A DNA stretch of 63,964 bases, counting the filler, from Basidiobolus ranarum (Eukaryota), in the NCBI GenBank assembly GCA_040143965.1. It is 3 parts of 3 records of this genome, joined end to end, with 100 filler letters (N's around TTAATTAATTAA, not from the genome) between each part and the next. Parts side by side here need not be neighbours in the genome. Positions count along the whole stretch, not along the records: positions 23,850 to 47,467 come from JASJQH010000163.1; 2 more parts are not named here. One strand, 5' to 3'. Shown in pieces: positions 25,132 through 38,556 of the stretch (position 1 is its first letter; each line of letters opens with the position of its first letter). The notes beneath the pieces were generated by a model. That model had not been told where the DNA came from. It did no database searches and saw only the letters and a list, made by a program, of their open reading frames with translations. A program made the translations under genes and the position numbers.

Positions 25132-28100
25132 CTACTTTCGAGATCGTGTGGTTCGTCGAATCGGTCCTTCAGTGGCGGCTTCTATTCCTCCATTCTCTTC
25201 AACTTGTCTCCAGAATTCGTAAAGTGGCTGGCGGTCGACAGTGTGAATGAAATATTCGCCTCCATTGTTCGTCCAGCTAACTGATTCACTCCAGTATGGA
25301 TACCGTTGAACAGTTAAAATACTCTCAACGCTAGCAGCATTTCGAAGTGTGATTTTGTGATCGAGAGGAACATAACTTCTAAGCGTTATAATCTTAGTCC
25401 CTTCCTTTAAATCCAGAAAGAGTTGGAGAAGACGCTGATTAAGATCACTGTCGAAAGCATAGTTGTTGACCAGAACAACATCAACTCGTCGTAAAATGTC
25501 AACAATTTCGGGGGATTCTAGGAAGTCGCCATGAAGTATGTCAACATGTCCATGTGAAATATGGTAATAGCTAATAATTGTCTAAAAGTAAGCAAATAGC
25601 ACATGAAAACACACTTGTATAATTGGTAAGAACTTACTTCATTCGAGCCTTAAACTCCTTTAGTTGGAGTTTGGCAAGGCGAGCAGGAATATCCATGATT
25701 TCAATCCCATGCGACTCGCATCCAGTCTGGGCGGCGACTTGCAATACTACATTCCCTATACCACAACCCATGTCGAGGAAAACATGGTTGGATTGAATTC
25801 CAGTCCTCTCAATGAATTCTGATATTAAAATCGGGTTGATTTCACCATATACTTGGTTAGAGAAAGCTATAAAACGCAATTCGTCAATACTTTACCTGAC
25901 AAAATTGATTGATTTAATCTTAGCGTACCTTCATATTCTTTAAGACTGTCAGCTTGTGGAGCAACAGTTCGACTATATACTTGATATAAAATATGGTTGC
26001 TAAGCTCGATTGAAGGAACTTTAATTCGCTTAGCACATGCTTGTATTTGACCAGACTCTTTGAACTTTCGCATCAATACGTTAAAATCGCGAACAGCCGA
26101 CACAAATTCTAAACCCTCTTTTCTATTCCTAGCCTTCTTAAGATTACGAATTATACCTTCCTTTTCGTCACCAAAGTGAGAAGCCAGATTCTCAGAAAGC
26201 ATCTGTTCCACAATCACCTCAACTGTAGAAATGAGATCAGTAATGGGGTTATATTCCTCTTTATCCTCTTCGTCACGAGTTCCTGGTTTAATAGGAATCA
26301 TCAATGGATAACTACAGAACGAGAAATAAGAAATGCTGAGCAATCGTGGATAAATATAATATGGTATACTTACACTTCTTTTACACCTTCAGCAGGAAGT
26401 TCTAAAATAATTCTAGGGAATGAATTCTTCATTTTTGCTAAACTGTCAAAGCTCTTGTCTTTAAAGTCTAATGAAAGAAAAATTGTGTTAAAAACATGAT
26501 CAGAAGATATACACATGTAGATCTTAGCATACATTTTCTGTACGTTTCAATTGCATCTCGGACGGCCTTTTCAGCTCCACGTAACACTGGCAAGGACCTG
26601 GAGGTATCTTGGCTAGAAGGTTTTCGATTTGCTTTATATTGCTCGCTAGTAGATATGAGTTCTGAAGGTACTTGCAACTCATCTTTGCGTTCAGACTTAG
26701 GGATACTCTGTTTAGGCTTCAAAGTATCTCTTTTATACGATGTTACAGCTTTTTCTTCATGTAAGTCGGAATTGGGGGAAATCAAATGTCTTCTTTCTTT
26801 TTTTTCCACAATTGGTACGTTGGAATCGTTTTTAAAAGCTTGATCTTGCTTTATCTCCTGATCTTCACTAGGAGTCTCTAATAAAGGACTGCCAGCAGAG
26901 CTGAGTGATGCTGAGTGACGTCTTACACCGTTGAGATGTAATTGAGTGTCGGAATCCTGTCTTTTAGTGTCATCATACTCGGTCGAAACTATAGAAGGTG
27001 ACTTATTTCCTTTCCAATCAACAGTTTCTCTCTGCTTGTCGCCTTCAACATTTGCTACAATGTTTCCGTAGGTAGAACTTTCAACAATGGAGATGTGCGA
27101 GTTGGATGAAGTTGTTTTATCATGCTCAGATGAAGATTCATGGGGTGAAGGTATCGTATCACCTATTGATGCATTGAGTGTTGTGGCTTCAGTTTTCGAG
27201 GAATCTTCGTCTGGTATCGAGCTTACAAGCGCTCCTTTAGCTTCACATGACGAAATGGCTAGTTTTGATTCAATAGGACCGAATGAAGCATCATTCTCCC
27301 CTATCTGACTCGCTAACTCATCGAAGTTTTGTTGTGAAACTTCCGATTGAGTAATAGAAGACTCCTCTAGCAAAGGAGTTATTAGGTCTTGTTCCGTTGA
27401 ACTGACCTCCAATGTAGAAATCGGTTTCTCCACAAAGCTAATTGGGGGCTGTGTTTGGTTTGTTAAGGCTCCAGGATTTGACTTGGTTAAGTCTGTGCTA
27501 GATGTTCTTTCTTGAGAGTGACATACTTTAGGAAGAGACTCTGCGCCACTCGAGGAGGTTTCTCCTATATCATTAACATGCTCACAATTTGTTTCGGTGG
27601 TTTTACTGTTTTCTCGCGTATTTTGAACTTTACTCTCGTCAGGCGTTGATACATTATCGCTCCCTCTTTCATAAATTTTCCCTTCATCTGATTCGCGAAT
27701 GACTCTCCTTAGCTTGTCTTTAGACGAGATATTATCTTCGATATTACGCTTGGATTTGTTAGGGGGTTTGGGAATATTTTCATCGCGAACAGTATCCACA
27801 GGATCGGGAAGTCGTGATGTAGAGTAATCACTATCTCTTGTAGATGTACTGTATCTCTTAACTCGTGATTGCGGCGTCTTCTCTTTGCTTTCATTCTTCA
27901 GAGGCTGCAGAACCTCCACAAGTTTTTTCTTGACTACGACTTTGTATTGATCTTTTCGATTAAAATAGGCAGCAAGTGGATCTTCACGAGATATGTTAAC
28001 TGGGGAAACTACTTGCGTAAAAGTTTTGATCTCAGTAACAACTTTTTGTTTGGGTGACTCAAGTTTTTGCTTCAATATGGTAGGACTTTCAGACCTTTCT

Positions 28101-28825
28101 GGTCGATTCGTTGGCTGTACCGTATTTCTCCTGGAAGGGGTGGGCGATTTAGTAACTCTAGTATTGAGAGTTCGATCATCTACATTTGCTCTCTGCTTCG
28201 AAATTGTGTTCCTTCCTGGTATGTCTTCCTGTTTATTGGAAATACTTTTGGAAGTGACGCCTAGGCGAAAACTACGTTCGTGACGCGACCGCTTGGCGTC
28301 AATTAAGTCCTTGGTTTCAGCTACAGAGGGGGATCTTTCGGCGCGCTTCAATTTGGGTGATTTCTCAAGTGGCACCAGAAACTTTTGCTTTTTGTCAAGA
28401 CTTGAGGTATTCCGATGAGGTATAGAGCTAGCTGGCTTACTCTTGAAATATACTCCACTTTTTGAAGAGTCGTGTAAAGAAATGGGGAGCTCAGTGGAGT
28501 GGTTCTTTTTAATGTGGTGCTTAGGAGAACTTCTCTTAGACTCGAAGCTTAAACTTGATCTCTCAATCTCAGGCTTAGGTCGTCTCTCAGGTGTGAAAGT
28601 TTCAGAGGAATTAGAAGGTGATGCTTCTATAGATTGGATTGCATAAGCTTCTTTAGAGTTTGCATTCGGGTTCTTTGAAGAGAGCTTGTTTGATGGGTTT
28701 AACCCAAGAGAATTCATAAATTTATTATATGCAGAGTCTACATTCTTGGAAGCGTTAGTAAAGGAAGTATTCCCTTTTTTATTAAAATCGTTCGGTTTCA
28801 TATAGGCTTCTTTCACGGCGTTCAT
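25132..28825 (-). CDS. DOT1: Histone H3K79 methyltransferase Dot1 with very long low-complexity N-terminus, 5 exons
   Basis: Motifs QVYSRTV, AFSNQVYGEI, FLDMGCGIGNVVLQVAA, GIEI, VNNYAF, SVSWT. Confidence 0.93.
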
Positions 28826-30937
28826 ATCACAGTAAATACATGAAGGGTGTGTTGAGGTTCAGAGAAGTGGACAAGGTGAAAGAAGTATAAGTACAGAATT
28901 TACAATTAAGAGATCTCTAATCACTAATAAACTGATTAAATTACTCCAAGGATAGCCTATCAAATGAATGATGAAATTTTGACTAGAGAACATTATCGAA
29001 ATCACAGAATTCCTTAATTAGACGATCTGAGCATTGAACCATGTTTTATCGAAGGCCTCCTTATTTACTCTGCTGTGTACTGCCGCAATCCCCTTTAATT
29101 TCAAACGTGCCACAATCGTTCGAATATGGATAATTCTAACCATCAATCGTTGGTCAAACGGCTCTTGCACTTTATAGTGAAGAGCCTGTGTTGGTCAAAG
29201 AAGTAAGCGATAGATTCTCAAGAAGTATCAATTGTTTAGCAGCCGTCCATCAAATATTTGCATATTAAATCAATAGTCACAGAGCATCAATGCCAGTCCT
29301 ATCTTCGTCATGTATAGTGGGTTATCGTCCCTGTAAAATTTTGGGTGTCAACAGATTACTTTGTCCAGTTACGTCTCAAACAGTGTTCACTTCTGATCTA
29401 CGAATATTTAGTCATAGTAGGGCGATCTTGTGTTAAATATTTCTATAGTGTACACTGGTATATTAGAAATGTAACTGACCAACTGGATTTGGTAGTTTGC
29501 CCCGGGTCACTTTTAGAATGAGGTGAGATCATGCAAATTTACATGAGTCATTATTGTAAAAAGCCATTGTAGCTATATATTCATGGTTATTTCAACTCCA
29601 ATCGATAAGACCAAACGCGTCCTTGGTTGGCTTGTACTTTTATACACAGCACTGGTTCTAAGCTCCTAGAGACGCCAGTATTTACTTATTTACTACATAA
29701 TTCCAAGCTATGTTGAACGGTTATTATAAGTAGATCACTGCGTGTCGGTTTTATTAAAACCCTAAACGGACTAGGATAAGAATAACTAAGATAAGAGATG
29801 ATCTGACTGTTCTTTAAGTCATCAAACCTTATGCCAATTGTAGCTAACTTCAAAGATATCGCAAATGGAACATCCTTCCCCACTGTAGACTCTACTGTAT
29901 ATATGTGAGTTGCCGTAGTTCAATATAAGTAATAGTTTCATTAAGGTGGAAGAGCTAAGGTGATTCAGAATCTTAGAAGACTAGATGAGGTGCATGCCTT
30001 AACTTGGTGCGAGAAACAAGGCATACGAACGTTAGCGAGCATATTTCATATTGTTAAGGATTCTCTTGAATGTACAAAATAGGTATGGATGGTGAATGGT
30101 CCAGAAGACGGGGAGATTTACTGAAGAAGCTATAAGCAAGACTTCAAAGCACATAGAATGACACCAATCACACTAGTGTGTTTACCAACAAAATTGCAGT
30201 GGATATTTGATGAAGCAATATCAAAATAGCATCACTAATTCGTAAAATTGACGATTATTTGAGTGCCAATGATTTTGACTGATCATTATTAAAAATGGCT
30301 CAGAGTTCACGAGAAGTCCATTATTGGTCTAATGATAAGGGAGTTTGATTGGCCAGATTATTAATAATCCAATGGACAAGTGCGCGGTTGACCGAAGTTG
30401 CTCCACCGGTAACATTCAGCTTGGATTGTATCGATAGGCTTGGATATAGCCAAAGTGATTCTGGTCTTAGCCACACCATATATCTGCCCATCCTTTGCAC
30501 GTGACATTATGGAGTTTAGTAGGGTGGCATTTGTTTGTAATACAAATTCAAACAAATAGTTTCCGACACTCTGGTTATCACAACATATGTCTGCTAGACC
30601 CCTCAATGTAACTGCTCTCGTTACGTTGTTTTCTTTCACGGGATTTAGTGCACCAACAGTTCATAAGATTTGACCGTTTATTAGAAAGGTGTTAAGAGAG
30701 ATATATCTTTACCAACAAATACCTTCTTCAGCAGCTATAATGGTTCCAGAATTGGGAATAAACCCATCAATGATCTCATAAATTAAGATATTGAGTGCTA
30801 ATCAGTTACTTAATTGGAGCTGTGTTCATCTTATTGTTGCAGCCATTATAAACCAGGGAAGGTTCCCACGGCAAAATCATATAAATTCCAACATCTCTTG
30901 GAAAATCTGTTTGTTACATTTACTATTCTCTGCTTCA

Positions 30938-31524
30938 ATGGAGAAAGTTCGGAACTATCAAACCCAGCTCGATAAAGAGCTTTCCAAGAACTCTATCTTT
31001 CAACAAGCGGAGAGAAAGACTGGAATCCATAAAATCTAAATTGCTGTTGGCTTTGGCGGCCTCTTCCTACTTTCCGTTTTCTTTAACGTCGGTGGCTCAC
31101 TTCTTACCAATCTAGTAGGTTGGGTTTACCCTGGTGCGTTCTTACTAAATCGATACAAGAGTTTCGATTCTAAATTTAATATTGACATTTATTTAATTTA
31201 TTAGCCTATGCATCTTTCAAAGCCATCGAGTCTCAATCTAAACAAGATGATACACAGTGGCTTACCTACTGGACTGTTTATGGATTCGTTAGTATAGTTG
31301 AGTATTTCAGCCATGCTTTATTGTATTGGTTCCCTTTCTATTATCTCTTCAAGTTGAGTATCTTACTCTGGCTACTGCTCCCTCAATTCCAAGGAGCCGA
31401 GTACGTTTACAAATCTTTCCTTCGTCCGGTACTTTTGCAGCATGAGAGACGCCTTGACGGATTGTTCGGAAATGGTACGGCTAAGGCCAATGCCACTATC
31501 AGTAATATAAACAAGGCCAAATGA
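30938..31524 (+). pseudogene. YOP1: Yop1/REEP (TB2/DP1/HVA22) ER-shaping protein with in-frame TAA at 31037-31039
   Basis: QLDKELSK...EKTG-like region, LLTNLVGWVYPAYASFKAIES...DDTQWLTYW, WFPFYY. One intron at 31134-31204. Confidence 0.8.
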
Positions 31525-32270
31525 ATCTGCTCTGCCAGTGTTGTTTTGATCTTGACCACGCTAATACTGAAGTATGGATCACGAATTTGTCGCTAGATTA
31601 ACAATAACATACTGACTTGGAATAATCGATTACTACCATTTCGTGTAGGATAATTTCTGAACTTTCAGGCTACATTCTAAAATCATTCGTTCTAATACGA
31701 ATTATTTCTACTATGTAGCGCTACAGTAAAATAAATTCGAAACAGCTCCCATCCTCATGGACATTCATATCATCTTAGTACTAGTTGGGTAGAATCCAAG
31801 TCAAAACCTGCTTTCTTATACTTGCCAACCCAGTGGTGGCAATTGCCCAGAAAAGGCAATTGAAACGATTGGTGTTTTCCTGGGGAAACTTGATGATATC
31901 AAGAAAATCCGTTACAATAGATCTTCACTTGATAAGAAATATCGTTAGGTACTAGAAAGTGAAGGAATCTATATGCACTACTAATCAAGAGAGGCCATGT
32001 TACTCCTGTCGTTTTCAATGAATCTTCAGACCTCCAATGGTCAATTTATACTATATACTATAATAATGAAGAGTAGTACACGCTTGTCGTAGTTCGTAAA
32101 GTAACTTTCTTAAAATCAATTTGGTGAAAATCGATGAATCATTAGCTATACATAAACATTTTTTTTTCGTCAAAGAAAAAAAAGTGGTCCCACTTATTCT
32201 AAACATGGACTGCATTTTTTGATATTGAATTAGAGGAATATACTACACTATTTGGGCCTACTAGACGAAT

Positions 32271-33420
32271 ATGACTTCACGTCCACTTCAATGGTACTTC
32301 AAGAAAGAAGAGCTTTGTAAAACTCCCTCTTCATTTGATGGTATATCGTATGAGAAGGAGCTTACCGATCGTGCCAAAGGGTGTAACTTTATTTTGAGTG
32401 TTGGGATGTCACTGAAATTGTATGTTTATTCCTGTTATAGTAGAGTTTTTCCCTACTTTTTTTCGATAGCATCCATGAACTTACAAATGTTATTTTTTTC
32501 ATCAAAGACCTCAAGCGACTCTAGCTACAGCAACAGTCTACTTTCATCGATTTTATGTTCGTCATTCTTTAAAGGAGTTCCACTATTATGTACGTTTTGT
32601 CTCATTTGCTTCTCTATCGAGGTCATCACACTATATACATGCTAATTTGTTTTTTTAAATAGGATATCGGTGCTACCTGTATTTTATTGGCATCTAAAAT
32701 TGAAGAAACTGGGCGCAAACTTCGAGATATTATTAATGTTTGTGCTCAAAAAGCTCAGAAAAATGACAAGCTTATCCTAGAAGAGGACTCAAAGGTAAAT
32801 TTACAAACTATAGCATTATTGAGTGATTAGTTTCTGATCTTCCTGGTAGGAATTTTGGAGGTGGAGAGATACGATCTTGTTTAATGAAGAAATACTTTTG
32901 GAAGCTTTGTGCTTTGAGTTAGCTATTGAGCATCCGTACAGGATACTTCTAAGTCTAGTCAAAGAACTTCATGGTAGGTCAAGTTCAAATCTCTACAATA
33001 TGCATACACAAACTTAAGTATATGTACTTATATAGGTTCTAAAAAACTCGCGCAAACTGCTTGGGCCTTTATCAATGACAGGTATAATATTATAGGATGC
33101 ATATCGTTACTAGAATTTTAACTAAAGAAGCTCAATTATACCCTGTTAGCTTGCGGACCGTATTGTGTATTACCTATCCACCAAATATCATAGCTGCATC
33201 TGCTCTTTATGTAGCATCAAAGTTTTTGGAGGAAAATATGACTGCACTTGCTGGACGCAGCTGGTGGAAGCTGGTAGATGCAGATTTCAATGACATAGAA
33301 GGTATGTGAATGCTAACTACAGCGTATGGCAAAGCGACTAACATAAATAATCAATCTACAGATGCATCTACACAACTACTAGATCAATACTCACAGTTAC
33401 CCAGCCTTTGTCAAAAGTAA
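32271..33420 (+). CDS. Transcription cyclin (cyclin K/T, Pch1-like), multi-exon
   Basis: QWYF..EEL..TPS, RAKGCNFI, LPQATLATATVYFHRF, ATCILLASKIEE, LLEALCFELAIEHPY, AWAFINDS. Confidence 0.88.
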
Positions 33421-34337
33421 ATTCAGCGATACATGTTGAGTATTTGACTCCTTTGAATTGTAATATATCACCGTCTCGCCCGCAATCTCTTATTCTATTT
33501 ACCTTATACATTCCTTTCATGTTTCGTGGGATAATCATGTAATTTATCTAAGATTAAAATCAATAGATGTTTTGACATATTTGAATTCTATTTCTATTTA
33601 TTGGTTGCTTGTAAGGACTCAGCAGATATGTAGAACGTTAGAATAACAACACCCATCACTGAGGGAAAGAAATGAATTGAGCCAGTGAGATATTTTTTAT
33701 GAGACAAATCTCACTACCCCTAAATTTCACCATCTAGATGTCTTTCTAGAGATCTATCAACTCCTCACCTAATTGGTCTCATCTTGGCATCCTCATATTG
33801 TATACATTTAGCAGCTACGTCTAACCGATTTGTCGATACTCTAGATTATTAATATGCTACATGATCCAAAATGGTTTCAAAGTGACGCTTGGATGAATCA
33901 TCAGATCGCTACATCCGAAACATTAATCATTAGTGATGAAACTCATATACATTAGTAGATCACTTTGCTGGGTAGGATTGGGCTGGAGTAACAAACTCAC
34001 TTTATTGACTGGAATTTCTGTTGAAAAATGAAACCCGCCTTTACTTCAATATACTAAGCAAATACCCTTAACCATGAGATGATAGCGCACTGTGACTAGT
34101 GGGGAATTCCGGAGATAAATATTGAAACAAAGATAAGATCACTGTATTTGTACAAAGGGAACCACAAAAAGATTGAAACTAGATAGTCCTGGTGACAGGG
34201 TTTGAGGGAGGTGAGGGAAGTAAAATTTCATTTTCAAGTTTATGTACATCAAGAACCATAATTGTAATGAGAAATAAAGAGAATGTATATGAAGTATTTT
34301 TCGATGGGAGAGAACAAATGTGTTGAATAGGGACAAA

Positions 34338-36860
34338 TTAGAATGTAAAGCATTTTTGAAGGTCGTATCCTAGTTTTTCTAGATTAGGGATGCAAGTAAA
34401 CTTTAACATCGGTGGTGGTCCACTCATTAGTACTACTGTGTCCTCTGCTGGTTTAGGTAAATGGTTTCGAATCATCTCATAGGTAATGAATCCAGTACTG
34501 TAAGGCCACTCTGACAAATATGTTTCGTCAATCGTATACCATACTTTAAGTTGCTCGGGATGCTTATCTGATAATCTTTCAAGTTCATCTCTAAGCAGTA
34601 TATCTTCTTCACTTTTATTAGCAAACAAAAGAGATATCTTGGTTTTGTCAGAAGGATCATTTAAAATCGCTCGAATCAATTGTAGCATAGGCGTAAGTCC
34701 AGTTCCACCGGCAATCATAGCAAAGTTTTTTGCTTTCCCTTTTATGTGCTTACGCTCAACGCGATAGCATCCATGGCCATCATAGTTGAACTCCCCCATG
34801 GGTCCTTTGACTTCCACTGTATCTCCGATCTTGAGTGAGTCCAAGTACTGTGAAAACTTACCTCCATTTGGATATTTTGGATGGGTCCCTTTAAAGTATA
34901 TTTTAACAGCCAGGTCAAGGTGTCCAAGATCCGCTTCAGTGGAAACTGGCGTATACGCACGAACAGTAGTTCTTCCATTTATTTTAGCACGGAGTAAAAT
35001 ATGCTTTCCAAGCGGAAGACCCATGCGATGCTTAGGTGACGGTAAACCAAGGCGAAAAAGACGTGTGTCCTTATTAAGTATAATCTTCTCAATGAGTGGG
35101 AAAGCATTATATTTCAATGGAGAAAGTGCAACTAATTCATGTGGTTCGGATATCTCCAAAATTGGCTCATAGGGATTAGCATCTGCAAGATGGCCAACAC
35201 AGTAAGGTTCTAACATCTCAATAGCTCCAGGTGAGTGAATGTCTCCAAATTCTCGGGTACAGTCTGTCCCTGCTTTGGCAGCTATGGTCTCCACGCCGCC
35301 AGGATGAATCTTCATAAACTCGGTACAGTCGTATACATACCCATATATAGACACCCAAGCGTCGTCTATCTTATAGTGACGGGCAACATCTTCAGCTGTG
35401 AATATTCTTGGTTTAGGTATAATACATTTCTTTTTGATCGTAGCTTCACTCTCGAAACCATCAACTAGATCGATGCTGCGTTTTCTTTTCTGATTTATCG
35501 TCTGCTCTAACCAACCCGAATTATCCACTTGTGAAATAGGATGTAGAAACCTGATCATTTGATCTTGATGTCGATCTATTTCAATGGCAAGTTTGTATGT
35601 TTGGCGTGGCCTTCTAATGGATGGTGGTGTGGACCCCAAAGAATAAGCACGAATACATATTTCTTCTACATTTGCAAGGTCTGATGTTAGGACAGTGAAA
35701 GACCAGAAGGCCCAGGCCCAGCACTTATTGGTATTGGGGGAGCACTGCTGGGGAAAAATGCTGCAAGCATGCCAGCTTTGACCTTGATCAAAAGATACTT
35801 CCACCACGGTAACTTGATTTCCGCCCCCAGCAAATGCATACCCTCGAAGAGTACAAGCTCCTTGAGTCATGTGTACAACCTCTTTGTGTTCAGGAATGCA
35901 TAAGGTTGCAGTTACTGAGAGTTCATTGATAACGGAATCTTCATCTTTAGAAATCTCTCCAGACATCAATGTTGAGCTTCGACCTTCATATTTGTGATAC
36001 CAATTCTCGCTTTCCTTATTTGAAATGAAAATACGTTTGAGCCATTTCACCATGCGTCCACCACTATATCCTGGAGTGATGACACGTAAAGGGAATCCAT
36101 GATCTGGAGTCAATCGTTCTCCATTCATCTCATATGCTAGAAGGATTTCTTGGTTAGGATCCAGACAGTGCACAAGAGATATACTAGTGCCATAGGAGCC
36201 ATTTGGTAGTTGGTCACACCCTTCAAAATGAACATACCAAGATTCCTTATGCGATAGTACATTGATTTCACAAGACTCTAGTATATCCTTTAAGTATACT
36301 CCACCCCACATCGCCGTACTAGCTGCCACTGTTTTCCAAATGCCATTTTGTGAACTATGTGTCCGCATTTCATCAGTTCGGTTACTAGAGCAGGCAAGGG
36401 TGACAGGGATTTCTGTTTTTTGAAAGGAGGCTATTTCGTCCATAGTAAAAGTTTTCGATACACCAACTAGCCTAGAGAAATAAACGATATTTTAGCGCGT
36501 TGTTTCACCTCAATCAAGTATTCAATAGAAATGAGCTTTCTACGTTTAAAAGAATACATGACAATTAAGGCCATAAGTAAACCATTTATACCCAAAGACC
36601 TCCAAAGTGTGTGTATCCCAATCAAGTCTTGGTACATAACCATGATTTCTAACATAATGTAAAGCAGTTGAAGTTATATAGCCCTCTTGGTAAAGGCGTT
36701 TTAACGGGGGCTCTGCGTTGAACGGGTAATTTCCAGTGGCCCGTATTAACGACGGGTGGCGAGGAATCCAGTTGTCGGCAGTATCTTTATCTCGCTCGTC
36801 ATAAACTAATTCTTTATCTGCTTCAAATTGGGGTACTGCTTTTGAAGAAGTCAAACCCAT
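34338..36860 (-). CDS. Nitrate reductase-like enzyme (Moco, dimerisation, cytochrome b5, FAD and NAD(P)H domains), 2 exons
   Basis: Motifs PFNAEPP, HYVRNHG, DHGFPLR, GGRMVKWL, GYAFAGGG, HPGG, RAYTP, IAGGTGLTP. Intron at about 36472-36592. Confidence 0.9.
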
Positions 36861-38556
36861 CGTTTGAACTTTTGGACTTCCAAATAAAAGAGAACAAAGG
36901 TTGGAGAAAATAAAATAGTGACCGTAGTCTATAGGTTCATTTAATATATTCAAGATAATGTTGAGCAGTCAGACTCACGGCGATAAAGAGTAGATAAATC
37001 TGCTTAAAAAAGCGTTCTCGAGGCAAGAAAGAAGGAGGAAGCCCAATCAAATGATAATAAAGTCTTTATTTATGTGTAAGCGCATTGTCTGATCGTTGCT
37101 CCTATTGCAAAAGGTTGAGGTTCTGATGACTGTTTTCGGCCTGGTCTGGACGGTCAATCAGTCATCTATACGCAAGGGCGCTTTCACCCGATCACGCAGT
37201 TTACTGGTCAGTTCATTGATAAATTAAGCAGAGCAGAGGATTTTCTTTGGAGGTCATATGCTCTAGGTTTTGAGATTAAAACGTCAACGTTGATCACATC
37301 CGGTATATTACGATCGAAGCGGGAGTTTGTCATTGAGGCACTCTCGAGTGGGAGAGCCACACAAAACAAAGAGCAAATTACGTTCAAGTCAGTTGGAACA
37401 TATGAAACCGATGTAGTTTGAGAGGAATTCCTTATTTGGCGGATTAGTGCTGTGAGTGACACTCTGGACTTTTAGCGATTATTCCAGGCCCTTGACTGAG
37501 GATCGTTTATCGAAATAGCTGCGAAGGGTTAAGTATATCAGATGTGACGTATTCCGAGATTAACGTAGTTTTGGTTATCTCAGTTTCATATAGGAGAGTA
37601 GATTTGCGGCATAGACATATATAGCGCAGATTGACTACAGATATATATAGCACAGATTCAAAGTCTATTTGCCATCCAGCCTAACATGGTGGTATTTTTA
37701 CTTGGTTTCATCCTTGGATTTCCAAGATTCCGAAAGGACCTTAAACATGATTTGATATACAAGCCTATATCGCTTCAATCCGGCATTGGTTGTTCAGCAC
37801 AGATGTTGCCTTTTATAGTGGGTCTAGACTGTTCAAAGCTTGTTTACACAGAACATGGGCTATTTTCAAGGAGTACCATTTAGTATAATGCTAGGCAATA
37901 GAGTGGATGCGACGACGGTCAAACAACATCAATAGCATGGATCGACTGATCGCATGTTGTGATTGTGCAAGCGTTTCCATTTGGAGACGATACTTGCCTT
38001 ATGCATAGTCTTCAAAGCCATCGCGCTTGTATGGCTCCGATGCTTCAGATTGTTCCTTAACTATCGTACGTGGGGTTTCAGATGAATATGCATTGACATA
38101 TATCTATTGCCGTTAGCTTATACTTAAGAATCGGCGCATAGATAGGAGAGGCAAGGCTGTGTATGGAAATCAGCATACTATGGTCATGGTACAAGGTGTA
38201 GTGTAGCCAAGAAGTCTGTATAGTGAGCAGCAGGGTGTTTGCAGTGTTGTGTAAGAATTCTCCTCAAGTTTTCGATTGCGCCGATGCGATATCGAATCGA
38301 TTAGAATATGCATCCCTGAGATGTCAAATTTCCTGATGCTGGTAGATATCGATGAGGTCAGTGTTGCGCAAGAGCAGTTCAAACATGACAATAAGGTACC
38401 CCTTTGTGTTGGATGAAACATCTTATGTTAGGGGATATCTAGGAAGTTTGATGGTTACGTAAAGATCCTTTACAATCTCTATCGCTGAATATAAGACATC
38501 CATGAGCGAATTCCGAACTCTTGTCCCTTGATTTCTGTCTGATTTCTTTCTTCACT

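Noticed and set aside
29995-30025. ATGCCTTAACTT resembling the 5' end of U12 snRNA
   Set aside because: Lacks the GTAAGGA branch-pairing sequence and recognisable downstream structure.
31037-31039. Genome-wide reassignment of TAA to Tyr
   Set aside because: TAA terminates NOC3, PIG-Y, cyclin, the NR-like gene, TIM8 and eIF5A at their expected C-termini.
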